From positions 136,023,809-136,087,808 of the forward strand of contig NC_068983.1 in NCBI RefSeq assembly GCF_001194135.2: 64,000 bases of DNA. Reading direction: 5' to 3'. Below the pieces are notes generated by a model that saw only the letters and a program-made list of their open reading frames with translations, had not been told where the DNA came from and made no database searches. Positions 1-13,500 of this stretch are shown here, one piece after another. The position numbers and the translations under genes are program-made. Origin of the DNA: Octopus bimaculoides (Eukaryota). How positions within the stretch are numbered: the stretch's first letter is position 1; each line of letters starts with the position of its first letter.

Positions 1-174
1 GCATGGAAAGCGGACGTTAAACGATGATGATGATGATGATGATGAATACTGCAGTATTCAGTGTTGTAATAATATATTCACATTTAGTAGGACATAAGAT
101 TGCCATTCAGTATAATTACTGCTTCCACCACTAATATTATTTTTCAAATAATAATAATAATAATAATAATGAGT

Positions 175-2960
175 ATAATCAAGGAATTAAAAGTTACAGA
201 ACTCAGTATGGACCACTGACTGTCTGTTAAAGCTGATAATAAGATAGCAACATTACTAAAAAATATAAATCTGGTTGTCACAGAACTAATTGCAAAAGAA
301 ACAAATGTCAATATGACCAGAATAAATGAAATAATATATGTAGCAGCCTCTGTGGCCACAAAAGAAATTGGATACTCCTGTAAATCCATCCAAACAGGAG
401 TATCACAACCTAAACAAACATTATGGAAAAATAATATTAAAAAAAAAAAATAAAATAAAAGAAAGAATCAGTCAATCCTTAATGAAATTAATAGGTAAAC
501 AACACTACTAAACAATAAGAAAGAAAAATACTACAGAAATACAAAATAACAAAGCAAGGTAAAAGAATGGCTAAAGCAAGATGTCTTTGCCAAAGCGCAA
601 AGAATCCATTGGTATGAGAAACATCAATGCTTCTTTGAATAAAATAAACAGTTCAACTGCAATCCAAAACAATTCTATCAAAAACTTGGTAAAAATAAAA
701 TACAGCAGCACCAAAAGCAGAAGTGGAAGAACTTTGGAAAGAATATGGTTGACGAAGGAACAACCTCAGAAAAGATCTAATATAACAACAAAGACCACCT
801 GAACAACTCTGGTCACCTATAACAACAGAAGAGGTCACCCCAGCACTGGAAAAACTAAGCAACTGAAAGGCACCCAGGTACAACAAGATTCTCTATTTCT
901 AGCCAAAATATTTAACAGGGATACTTAAGATATTGGGTGAGAAATTCAATGAGATGCTAGCAGAGCCAGAGACAACATCTGAATGGCTCACAGAAGGAAA
1001 AACCATCCTAATTCCCAAATCTACAAACTCATAACATGTCTCCTTACAACTTACAAAGTCTTAACTGCAATAACATTGCAGAGAATGGCCAGACATCTAG
1101 AAGAAAACAACTTGTTTCCAGAAGGATAGAATGGATGCTGCAAAATCTCATATGACTGTAAAGATCAGTTATTGATCAATAAAACCATAACTGAAGGCAG
1201 AAAAAAAAAAAGGGTCTAAGCATGCCTTGGATTGATTATTGAAGGGCGATTGACAATATTCCCCACACATTGATCCTGGAAACACCAGCCATGAACAAGG
1301 TAGCAACAACAATAATAGAATATATAAAATATGCCATGAATAAATGGCAAACAGTGCTGGAGCTCCAGACAAAAGAGAGAATCATAAAAACTAAAGCCAT
1401 CCTCATTAGAAGAGGAATATTTCAAAGAAACTTGCTCTCACCATTCCTTTTCTACCTGGCACTGATGCTTTTAACTGTCATGCCAGATAGAACTGGATGT
1501 GGATGCTACGGTAAGATAATCAATCATCTCTTTATATGGATGATCTAAAACTGTATGCTGCAAATGATGAAAACTTGTCAAGAGTAACTATATCATACTA
1601 GATAAAGAAAATGAAAAAAGAAAATTAGACCAAGCCCAGGCACAAGTACTTAGGAATCAATGAACTAGATACAGTACAAAACACACAAATGAAAGAGAAG
1701 ATAAGGAATACTATAAATGAGTTAGATTAATACTTAAAACGGAGTTCAATGTGAAAGACAAGATAATAGGTATCAATACTCTAGCTATCCCAGTTATAAG
1801 TTAGTTACAATATTTTTAATCAGATATTTAAGGAACGAACTAAACTAGACAGGAAAGCAAGAAAACTAATGACAGAATTTAGAATACATCACCCAAAATA
1901 TGACAAAAGGTTATATGTACAATTAATTGAAGGTGGTAGAGGTCTTATACATCTAGAAAATTACTATAAAATAACCACCGTAGAATTACAGAAATATCTA
2001 ACTTGGAACCAAGGAAAACTGGTACAGTCACAAAACATGAGTAACACTAAAAACTGTTTTTTGTCTTTAAGGAAGCTAAAAAATACAAGAAAGAGGTCAT
2101 AGTACCTGATAACAATGAAGAAAAAAAGCAAACAAAAACAAACTGTAAAGCAACTGAAATCCAAACTGAAACTGGAACAAAATACCACGATAAAATGATG
2201 GCAAGAAAAGCCTTGCATAGCAAACACTGAAATAGGCTAAAGAGAAAAGAAATAGACAAAGTAAAATGATAACAATGGTTGAGCTCAGGACTCAAAGCAG
2301 AGACTGAAGGAATTTTAATTTCAGCACAAGATCAAAGCCTCCTCACCAGAAACCACCAGCAACACATAATAAAGGAAAATACAATATGTGACTTCAGAAT
2401 ATGTGGAGATAGGGGAGAAACAATGAATCACATTGTCTCTGGCTGCCCAATCCTGGTTAAGAAGGAATATATCCACAGACATGACAGAGTTAGGGCCTAT
2501 ATATACTGGAAACTATGCCAACACTATGGAATGACAGCAGAGAAAAGATGGTATAGGCATATCCCAGAAAAGGTCTCAGAAAACAACAAAGCAACCATAC
2601 TCTGAGATACGCCAATACACACAGATAGTGAGATCATGGATAATAGACCAGATATAGTTGTCAGAGATCATCAAGAAAAAAATGCCTTCAAATTGATGTA
2701 TCAATCCCAACAGATGACAATCTATCTCTAAAAGAAACGGAGAATCTCACAAAATTGAAAGATCTGGAATAAGACATAATCCAAATATGGAGCATAGAAA
2801 CAGAAACAATCCTTATAATAATAGTTGCATTAGGTATGATTTAAAAAACATACAGACAAATACATAACCAAAACACCAGGACATACAAATATATATATAT
2901 AACATACAGAAAATAGTACTTCTATGCACTGCACACATCCTGTGTAAAGCAATTTCAATA
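175..2960 (+). mobile_element. Degenerate Dong/R4-clade non-LTR retrotransposon (RT, CCHC finger, restriction-like endonuclease)
   Basis: Frameshifted motifs WLTEGKT, CKDQLLINK, RGIFQ..LSPFLF, YMDDLKLYA, GLKAETEG..ISAQDQSL, RICG..ET.NHIVSGCP, HRHDRV and NRPDIVV. Flanked by (AAT)n. Confidence 0.92.
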
Positions 2961-3074
2961 CAGTGAAAATAACAACACCAAAACAAACCACAAACCCAAG
3001 GTACATAGAGCTGCACTCGGTAGTACAGCGAAAGATAAAAATAAAATTACAGAATAGTAATGATAATAATAATC

Positions 3075-3719
3075 TTTCTACTATAGACACAAGGCCTGAA
3101 ATTTGGGTGAGGGGGCTAGTCGATTACATTGACCCCTGTACTCAACTGGTACTTATTTCATCAACCCTGAAAGGATGAAAGGCAAAGTCAACCTTGGCAG
3201 AATTTGAATTCAGAACACAAGGACAGAGGAAATGCTGCTAAACATTTTGCCTGGCATGCTAATGATTCTGCCAGCTCGCTGCCTTAAATAATAATAATAT
3301 TAACAATAATGATAGGAACAGCTATGATTTTGAGATTGATACATGGATGCTGAATGTCTTCCATGATAACTAACAACCAATTATCAAAGCTTGTAATGTG
3401 TGGAAAGAGACCTCGTGAGACCTCTGACAACAGGCTGCTGTCTGCTCTCACAGAATCTACCAGAGCAAACAAGACTGAGCTCTCTGAGAAATAAAACAAT
3501 AATAATAATAATGATGATGATGATTTCAAATTTCAGCACAAGGCCAATAAGTTTATGGAAGGGGATATGTTGATCACATTGACCCCAGGGTTTGACTGGT
3601 ACTTATTTCATCAACCTTCAAAGGATGAAAGGCAAAGTTGACCTCAGAGGAATTTGAACTCAGAACATAAAGATGGATGAAATGCTGCTAAGCATTTTGC
3701 CCGTCTGATAACAATGATG

Positions 3720-3773
<54 letters not shown>

Positions 3774-3876
3774 CTTTCAAATTTTTCCACAAGGGCAGCA
3801 ATTTTGGGAGAGGGGATGAGTCAGTTACACTGACCCTGGTGTTCAACAGGTACTTATTTTATTGACCCCCAAAAGG

Positions 3877-3880
<4 letters not shown>
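3075..3880 (-). mobile_element. Cluster of three SINE family A copies (3075-3287, 3528-3710, 3772-3876)
   Basis: Each matches the reverse complement of 42460-42676; the second and third are separated by (AAT)n. Confidence 0.85.
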
Positions 3881-3909
<29 letters not shown>

Positions 3910-4786
3910 GTTATTATTATTATCATCATCATCATCGTTATCATTATTAAGCTATGATTATAGTGCTAAATTTGTAGAAATTTGATTTTTCTTTATATTA
4001 ATTACATTAATTTTGTCAGAGTTTCCTAAAGTGGTAAAAGAAATAGAGGAACTTATCTCCAAACTGAATATCGTGATCAAATGATACAGCAGAGAGAATT
4101 CCATTAAAAGCACCCAAGGGATCAGAGATGATTCCTCTAATGATCTTCCAAACAGTTCCTATCGAGTAATTTCACTCAAGACTTTGGTCATCCTGAGGTT
4201 ATATTAGAAGACACTTGCCCAAGGCACCTCACAATGGATTGTATCCCGAACCATAAAATGTGAAGTAAACATCTTAACACTACTACAATACCTGCACCCA
4301 TGCTTCTGAAGTGAATAACACAGGAAATGATAAAGTGACAGATTAAATGTCTGACAGAATTCAGTTTCCTTTTTCTACATTCTGAGTTCAAATTTTGCCT
4401 AAGTCGACTTTGACTTTCATTGTCAATTTGCTCTTTGAAATTGTACTGGTTATTTAATCTCCTAAAAACCTGTTACTTTGTACCAATGTTATTATGAAAA
4501 AATATACCCTTAAATATATTGGATGTAAACATAGAGATGAGATAGTGAAGATAATAAAAGTAAAAGAAAAAAAAAGCAAGTATCAGATGGAACTTGAACT
4601 TACAGAAGCAGGTGCTGTTTTATCAAATCTATGTTTAAATCCCAATAGGTGCTTACTTTATTTTGCCTTTCTGTTTACATCCTATCGATCCACCACCCAT
4701 TATATTCTGTCCTTCCAATATCCTGTAGAACACAATACATACTCATAACTTTTCATGTTATTAGTTTCAGTATTGTTTTAAAAGAG

Positions 4787-4842
<56 letters not shown>

Positions 4843-7481
4843 AATCCAATTTCTACCTTCTTTATCCTGAAGACGGTCAATTTTTTCCCTCCCACTTTGA
4901 AAGTAATTACAGTACTGCATGAGCCATGACCACCCACCAAGCTGTAACCTCTCTGAAACAGGTTGCTTGCACTACTATAAAAAAGATGATGTGATAGGTT
5001 CTGCTCTACAATCCTGTCTTCAGTTATCATATCTCAACATTAAGGTTAAGTGTATTATCGTGTACATACTTTTTCCTTATTATGACAGTATTACCAATAA
5101 ACCAGTCCTCTCACAATGGAATTATTTCCTTCCTAGAAATAATCCATCATCATATTATTGTAGTACAGTCAAGGCTGTACTGGATCCACATTGTATCAGT
5201 TCACATAAACTGGCATCTAAATCTTTTTGTATTTTTGAATCAAAACTGGTTAACTTTTGTGGCAGAAATATCTTTCAGTAAACGTTTTAGCTATAAAAAT
5301 ATTTGTCATATATATTTTTGTAGTAAATACTGTTGCCATAATAATTTCTGAGGTAAATATTTTTGTTGTAAACATTTTTTCCATAAGAATTTTTAGGGTC
5401 AAGAATCTTTGCTGTGATGCTTTGTTTAAATACCCATTTTAGTTCAAAGCTGGTTTGCTGGAAATGAAGTATAAACAAAAGAGTTACTTAATAATTTATT
5501 TTAATTTTTCAGCTTAGTTCACAGACTACTATGTTATATTTAATATTGCTCTATATTTTTCTATGTATAAAATCCAGGTGGTGCTTTAATGTTTTGAAAT
5601 GAAGATGTGAGGAAAAACATGTGAGTGTTTATATGTTACTTTGTATATACGGATGCTTGTGTATACATGTGTATGTAATTATGTGTGGATGTAAGCATCT
5701 GTTTGCATATATATTCCAACTCAGCTTCTACCACTTTGTGTTTGATCCACTGTCTTTCTATTTTATTATTTTAACTGTTTTATTTCACTTGTTTTTATTT
5801 GCCTTTCACCTTCCCCTATCCACTCAATAATACTTTAATTTGCCATCATAGCTATATATTCGCAAGGATTTTTTGAGGTATCATTCCTATTCATCTCACC
5901 ACTTTAATAATCTGTCATTGTAGCAGCATCCTTGTGTGCTATTATTCGAGTTATTATAACATTTACAAGTTGAAAAGTATGCATATATCACATGCACACA
6001 TCCATATACAAATCTCTCTCTCTTTTTCTCTTTTTCCATCCATCCACCCATCCACCCATCCATCCATCCATCCATCCATCCATCCATCTATCATCCATCC
6101 ATCTATCTACATACAAACACTCACATACATAAATCTATACACACACATGCATATAACCTATATGTAACAACTCTTTCATCACATGCATTTAAATTGTCAA
6201 CTTACTCCTTTTTGATGTAATGTATGTATTATCTAGGTTTGCCTGTTAGCTGGCTGAGACTGTCACCAGTTTATGACATTATGGAAAATGACATTGGCAT
6301 GTTTATATCTATATATGTGCATTTGTGTTGTAAAGTGGCTGGTGTTAAGGAGGGCATCCAGCTGAAGAAACCTTTCCAAAGCAAACATTGGGAACCAACA
6401 CAGACCTCAAGCTAGTCAAATCCTTTTCAACACTCCAACTCTTCTGTATATTACACTAAATACTACAAAATATTACACCAAACAATGTTACATTATATTA
6501 TACTAAACAAAACCATAAGCTAAACATAACACTATATTGCCCTAAACAATAACTATACTATTTCTAAAATGTCACTTCTATCTCTCTTATGATATTCTAG
6601 TTTCCACAACAGTAGAATTTCCAAAAAGAAAATTTGATATTTACACATTCAACTAATCATCGATCCTTTAATTGTCGTATAAATATTCTCATTGTGTCTA
6701 CTTATTGATAGGTGTTACCACCTTGGTGGTGGGCTTGCCTTTTTGTTGGTGATGCTTTACTACTGGTGGTACTGCTGCCCCTTTAAAACCAGCAGAGTTT
6801 TGCTGTCCATCTGATGGTGATAGTGTTTCTTCCCTATCCTTGGTGGATCTTAAGTGCTGCACCAGCCTCTCTTTTCTTGCTATATTTCTGTTGAAATAAG
6901 CTGATTTTGCTACCATACTTCTATCAATACAAATGAATCAACTATTTCTGAGGGACCATGTATGTGGAGTGGTGGTGGTGGTGGTGGTGGGAAAGCAGAA
7001 ACGTGGTTTTACACTTTTGTTTTTGTTTATTAAAGTCACAGAAAAGTGCTAAAGATGCACTCACAGGGAGTTTCATAAAACATTGATCATTTCACATTGA
7101 TAACCTGATATTTGGATACTGTGATCTTCAAAGGGAATGTCAACTAAATACTAAAGTATGTAGTCCTAACTATCGATTACATTTCAATTGTTCGCTTTGT
7201 GCATTAAATAAAAGATTTTGAAAATTAAAGGTGTCTATTTACATGGTAAAAAAAAGGTTATAAGAGGGATCAAATTGAGCAGGTATTGAGGCAATTATGT
7301 TGGTAAACAAATTAGACGCATCAAATATATCAAATATATTAAATACATCAAATACAAAATATGTATACATGCAAAATCAGAGAGAGCAAAAGGTGGAAAC
7401 TTTCAGATGATGAATTTTTACGCATAAATATCATTTGAAAGCTTCCATTTTTTACTGGCTCTCATTTTGCATGTATACGTA

Positions 7482-8620
7482 TACAGAGTGCGTAAGATGT
7501 TTGAGGACAGGTTTATGTTTATAAAAAAAAACAGATATATAATAACAGATAATAACTTTATTTATCAAAAAATGCTATGAGGATAAAAGTAAACCTTCTC
7601 TATGTTATTCAATAAAGCCACCTTCAGCTTCAACAATTGCTTCTGTATGTGATCTGAATCATCTACATACTCAAATCAAGTGATCCTGTTTCATTTTGGA
7701 CATTACTCTGACTATGGCAGCTTTCAAAGAATCGTTGGTTTTACGGGTGTGTTCATTGATCTCTCTCCACATGTAATACTCCAATGGATTGAGATCTGGG
7801 GAATTAGGAGGCTAAATGTTAGGGGTTATGTGAGGAAAATTTTCAGCCATCCATTCCTGTGTTGCTAGAGCCATGTGTAATAGTGCAGTGTCTTACTGAA
7901 ACACAAATGGCCTTCCATTGCATACACTGTCTATCCAGAGCTTAATAATTATTTCCAGGACCTGAGTGTAGGTGGCAGAGTTAACTCTAAGGCTTTGTGG
8001 AAAGAAGTAAGGCGGCATCACATGTCCTTCATTGTTGATAACCCCTAAAACCATGACAGTTGCAGGAAATTTTGTATGCATAACACTTGGAACTTCAGAA
8101 TGGTCGGCACATAACCATCTGTCATTTCTTCTGTTAACTTTTTGATCTTTGTTTAAGTTTTTCTCGTTTGACAAAAACCAAATCAAATCTTCTGCTGGAT
8201 TTTTGAGTTTGTTTAAGAACCTTTTAGATCTGATGTAGTGATTTTCTTTTACTTTTTCTGACAAATTGACCTTTCCTCATCGTATAAGACTTGTATCTGA
8301 TGTCTTCATGGACAACATTTCTAACTGTCCTTCTGAAACATGGAAATCTTTTGCAATTAACCCCATGGACTTTCTGGGATTGTAATCAATGGTCTGTTGA
8401 ACTTGCTGGATAAATTCAGGTGTTCTGATGATTTCAGAGTGTTTAGAATACTTTTTATGCTTTGATACTGGTGACACATTTCCATCTTCAGTTTCTAGTT
8501 CCTTACAAACTTTGTAGATGTATTTCTAAATCGCTATGCTCAGCCTTTATAACCACAATAACAGCATGCCTCTTCATTTCTTGAGTAAGCTTCTCCACAC
8601 TAGATGATTGATGAAGAAAC
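7482..8620 (-). mobile_element. Degenerate maT/mori-type (DD37D-like) Tc1/mariner transposon
   Basis: Transposase runs from ATG 8577 to stop ~7605: MKRHAVIV, SNEKN..QKVNRRNDRW, KFPATVMVLG, PFVFQ*D and PPNSPDLNPLEY. TA plus CAGAGTG terminus at 7482; the other TIR was not located. Confidence 0.88.
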
Positions 8621-9211
8621 ACTTGACTTCCGAGAACCTGTTTAGGGTTTGATTTACATTACTGACCAGTCTATATAACAGAGATAAATTTCCTTTCTCT
8701 TCCTCTTTTGTATCAATTAGACCAGGAGCAACATGCTCTTTTGCGTCAGCCATGAACAAAAGCAGCACTTACCTCAGCCACAAGAAAAACAATGCCACCT
8801 CTATCCTTTCTTTCTTTCTAGTCAGCACCATGCATTCTTTGCTCTTTCACTCTCTACTGACAGCAACTTCTACACTATCAACTACTAACTAGCGAGCCAT
8901 CCTTGTTGTCACTATCACTAGAATTGCTATTGTCTCTTTAACTACCTTTCAGGCAAACAACGAAACATGTTGATTCTTCAACATTTACTGGTACTCCGAC
9001 GCAAGAACCTTGAAGCATTACATCTACATGCTACATTTAGTAGTGGGCTACATTATATCGACTTGATATCACATCTTTCATTCAGACCACTACAAGTCCT
9101 TAAACCTGCTGGCTGCAAGAGTCTTATTGTAACAAGGGGCAACTGCATCAAAAACATCTTTATTTGAGGATGAGTTTGAAATCCCCTTACTTTTTTTTCT
9201 GACTTATGGTT

Positions 9212-9317
<106 letters not shown>

Positions 9318-9957
9318 TTTTATTCATCTACATACATATACATGCATACATATATAAATTACTTATTTATCAATTTATTAATTAATTAATTTATTTATTT
9401 GAACCACATTGAACCATAATGATTCAACATGATTCAAAGATGCCTGCATTTGCTGAAATTCATTTTCATCAAGTTTCGGTTCTAGTTGACTAAATTAAAT
9501 GATATATATATATATATATATAATAGCTCTGTTTACTGAGTAGTGTTGGTGATAGCATATAAACTATTGACTCTTTGGCTTGTAGTCTGATGTATTATGG
9601 ATTCTGGCCATCTGTGCTATGCACCATAGACTGAGAAGACTGTAATACCTCAAATATGAATTAAAAAAAGCAATATATCTATTGTTGTTGTTTTTCTCTT
9701 TGTCTAATCCGACTTAAGCTATTTATTCCATGCAGTGTTAAAGAGATGACTGTTACAAATAACTTCTTTTCATTTTAAACTCTGAAAGGTTTCCTTTGAA
9801 GAAATAACAAATCAAACAGCAAAGCATAAAATCTTTTGTACACCATTTATTGGTGTGTGTATATGTTTATGGGTGTTTATATGTATGTATGTATGTATGT
9901 ATGTATGCATGCATGCATGTATGTATGTGTGTGTGTATGTATGTAATTATGTCTGCA

Positions 9958-10001
<44 letters not shown>

Positions 10002-10263
10002 TGTGTGCATACAAGAAAGAGAGAGAGAGTGAGAGAGAGAAAGGGAGAGAGAAAGATAGACATTAGCCAAGTATAATAAAAAAGATTAGAAAATGGTTGA
10101 GGCCACCACCACCACCACCACCACTACTACTACTAAATAATTTTGTAATGTATTGTGATATTTTGTAGTGAATCTATAACAAGTCATCTTCAATGTTATG
10201 ACTATTGTTTTTAACATTACTTTTAATAATAGAAGTAGTAAAAGTAATTAATGTTATGATAAT

Positions 10264-10264
10264 G

Positions 10265-10331
<67 letters not shown>
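10264..10331. repeat. (TAG)n microsatellite
   Basis: Directly visible. Confidence 0.95.
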
Positions 10332-10502
10332 ATTTTATAAATCTGTAGGGAAATACAATAAACTTCATAAATTGACTTCAGGTTTATTGGATGGGACATG
10401 TCTAAACAGACCAGACATGCTCTGCTAACTAACAATTTACCCAGGGACAAACTCACCCCCTCCACACCCACCCACCCACATGTATATATAATCTTGATTT
10501 AG

Positions 10503-13500
10503 CTTGAGATAGATCTGAATCCTCCAGGACAGAGGTAAGTGATATTCTGAATGAGGTCTTGTTTTTCTATCACAATTTAAACTAACATATATTTTGATGT
10601 ACACCATCAATACTTAGGATGCCATGAAATATTATTACACGCAACCGCTTGTGTGTGTGTGTGTGTGTGTGTATAGTAACAGCTGTATCCAGCCTAGTCT
10701 ATGTTCATTCATACATAAAATGAATATAGTTACATGAACTCTCTATATTTTGGATAAATTGCTTGAAACCCTTTTGATACGAAACTGCTTGAGACCATCC
10801 TTGGTTCTGTGATGTGAATTTCTTGCTTCAAGGTAATCTAAGTTAAAATATTTCATTAAAATTTCATGTAAATTTATGGTCCACATACCAGCTTAATAAC
10901 GACAAAGTTACTTTACTAAAATATTCATTACTTCAGGCATTTTTGTGTGGTTGGGAAGCTTGTTTTGCAACTACATGATTTCAGGTTCAATCCTATAGTG
11001 TAGTACCTTGAGTAAGTATCTTCTATTATATTTATATGTATGTGTGTGTGATATATGCATGCACATACATACAAAACATGAATTAGATGGCTAATAAAGA
11101 AAGCATAGAAAACTGTCCCTACTCCTACAAAAATGTAAGAAAAATTATGTAAAATCATCATCATTTAATGTCCATGTTTCATGCTGGCATGGGTTGGATG
11201 ATAAAATAAATTTAATTAATAAGGAAATGAGAACACGATGGATAAAACAAAAAAATGGATTAAAGAACTGAATTAAAAATGATTTCATTCATAGGCAGGA
11301 GTCCAACTTTTGGAAGGATGAGGGCAATTTCAGCATGTGGCTGGTGGTATTTATTTATCAACTCAAGAAGACTGAAAGGCAAGGTGAAGCTCAGTAGAAT
11401 TTGATCCCAGAACACAGAGGGCTAGATGTAAGTACTGAGGTTTTGGAGATGTATTCAGTCTAGTATTCTACCATTGTTGCTACCCACAATGGGAAAAAAC
11501 AAAACAAAGCAATATAAATGAAAAGGAAATGAAAAAGAATAATAAAAAGAATGTAAAATAATTAAATGAAAATTATTTAAAATTATCAAATTATCAAAAT
11601 AAAAAAATATTAAAAACAAAATTTTAATGATATTTTAAAACATCTTTTCAAAGCATGTTTTGTTTTCAACAAAATCTATTGATTTTAAATATCAGGAATG
11701 TTCATTTTACACTGTTTTGAGATCCTAGTTTTTTTAAAGTTGGCATGAAATATCAATCTTCTATTTGTTAAAAAAACAGAAATCTCCATTATAATATGCG
11801 TCTGTTGCAGATGAGAGAATCAGGAGGAGGTTGATTCCTTAGCTGAAGTTCATATTCTACCCAAAATACTGCCACACAGTTTGTTCTGAAATGGTTTTGT
11901 CCCCTGTAGCTATTGTTAGTGAATAAAATATATTTCATCCTGTACACATGTTTATAATTTAATCTTCAGAAGCAATGGAAGCCCTGTTTAACTGATTTCT
12001 AGATTAGGAACCAGGCCCACATTTTCAGAGAGGAAGATATGTCAAATCAACCTCAAATCATGGCTGGTACTCTGTTTTATTGATCCCAGGCAAACCTGAC
12101 TCCAACAGGATCTGAACTCAGAATCAGAATCGAAAAAGATGTATCTAAATTCTAAAAAGCATTTTGTTTGATAATGAATGGTTCTACTATGTGTGAATAA
12201 TTTATCAATAATGCTAGTTCAGTGGTTATAATTCTCTACTGATGGTTGTTTGTAACATTAGTATATTTGTTAATTTATCAAAATATCCTGTTTTCTGTTT
12301 AGGACGTCCATATCATAAGTTTATTATACATAATTAACCAATTTCATGTCTTTGCTTATGTCCATTTGTTATATTACATTCACTCACAATATTACGGGCA
12401 AAGTGTATCTTCTTTGTTAATGTTCATCCCTAGACTTAATGGATAGTTACTCAAAGGTGTCATTTACAAAATTATCAATCACTAGTTCACCAGTTTTTCT
12501 ACACTGTGCATCCATGCCTCATTATTGCATTACAAAGATTTGCAGGTAGTTTTTGTCATTGTTCACACACATAATTATACATTATATCATGCAGTGAATG
12601 ACATAATCACTCACATAAAATTCCCCAGAAAAAAACTGCTTTAAATATAAAAATTTAGAAAAGTACATAGAAAAGTATTGCTTACATTCTTTAATTAATC
12701 CTTCTCCTTTTCCTTCCCTCTTTTTCATTCTCCTTCTCGCCATCATTTTACATTTGCTTTTCATGCTAGCATGGGTTGGACAGTTTGACAGGATGCAAGG
12801 TATTGAAAAACCATGTTGTTCTTTGGGATCTCTGTTTTGACATACTTTATATGGTTGGATGTTCTTCCTAATGCCAACCACTTTACAGAGTGTAAAAGGT
12901 GTCCTCTTATTTTGTGTGGTAACAACACTTGTGATGTTGCCTTGCAGCTTGCAAGACTAAAGAGCTGAAAGAGCTCCTACAATTGAAAGAATAGGAGAAA
13001 GCGAAAGAAAGAGAGGAGAGAGAGTGTGTGTGTGAAATGAGAGAGGGTAAAGTATGATGAAAGGAACAGATTTATAGTTGTGAGAGAGGGGTAAAGAGAG
13101 AGAAAGCTATGTATAGCAAAATTATAACATTTTTTTCAAGATATTCATGTGCCAGTATGGATTTTCTAAAGTTTAAAAAATTTCCTACATATCATTTGAG
13201 AATCACTGCTCTAAACCATCATGACATATTAACCAAAGCACATGAAATATATAAAAGAATGTCCTGTGAATCAGTTTGACTACACAACACTGGTGATTAC
13301 ATGTTGTAGCATTCACTAGAGGCAAAGCTCTTGAGTGCAATCTGATTGGTTGGCTGAGTGATTCACTGGATAAGTGTTTTTATCGTTATTCATCTTGGGA
13401 CATTAATCATTTTCATCATCATTCCTTAAGGGTCCTACAACCTAGCTTTCACCTTCATAACTGAATTTCTTACGTAAAAGGGCCAAAACAAACAACAAAA

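Noticed and set aside
6698-6916. 72-aa ORF with a plausible acceptor, first considered a terminal exon
   Set aside because: It lies ~17 kb beyond the DCP1 stop and has no recognisable homology. It vaguely resembles RTE 5' leader sequence. Unsupported as a host exon.
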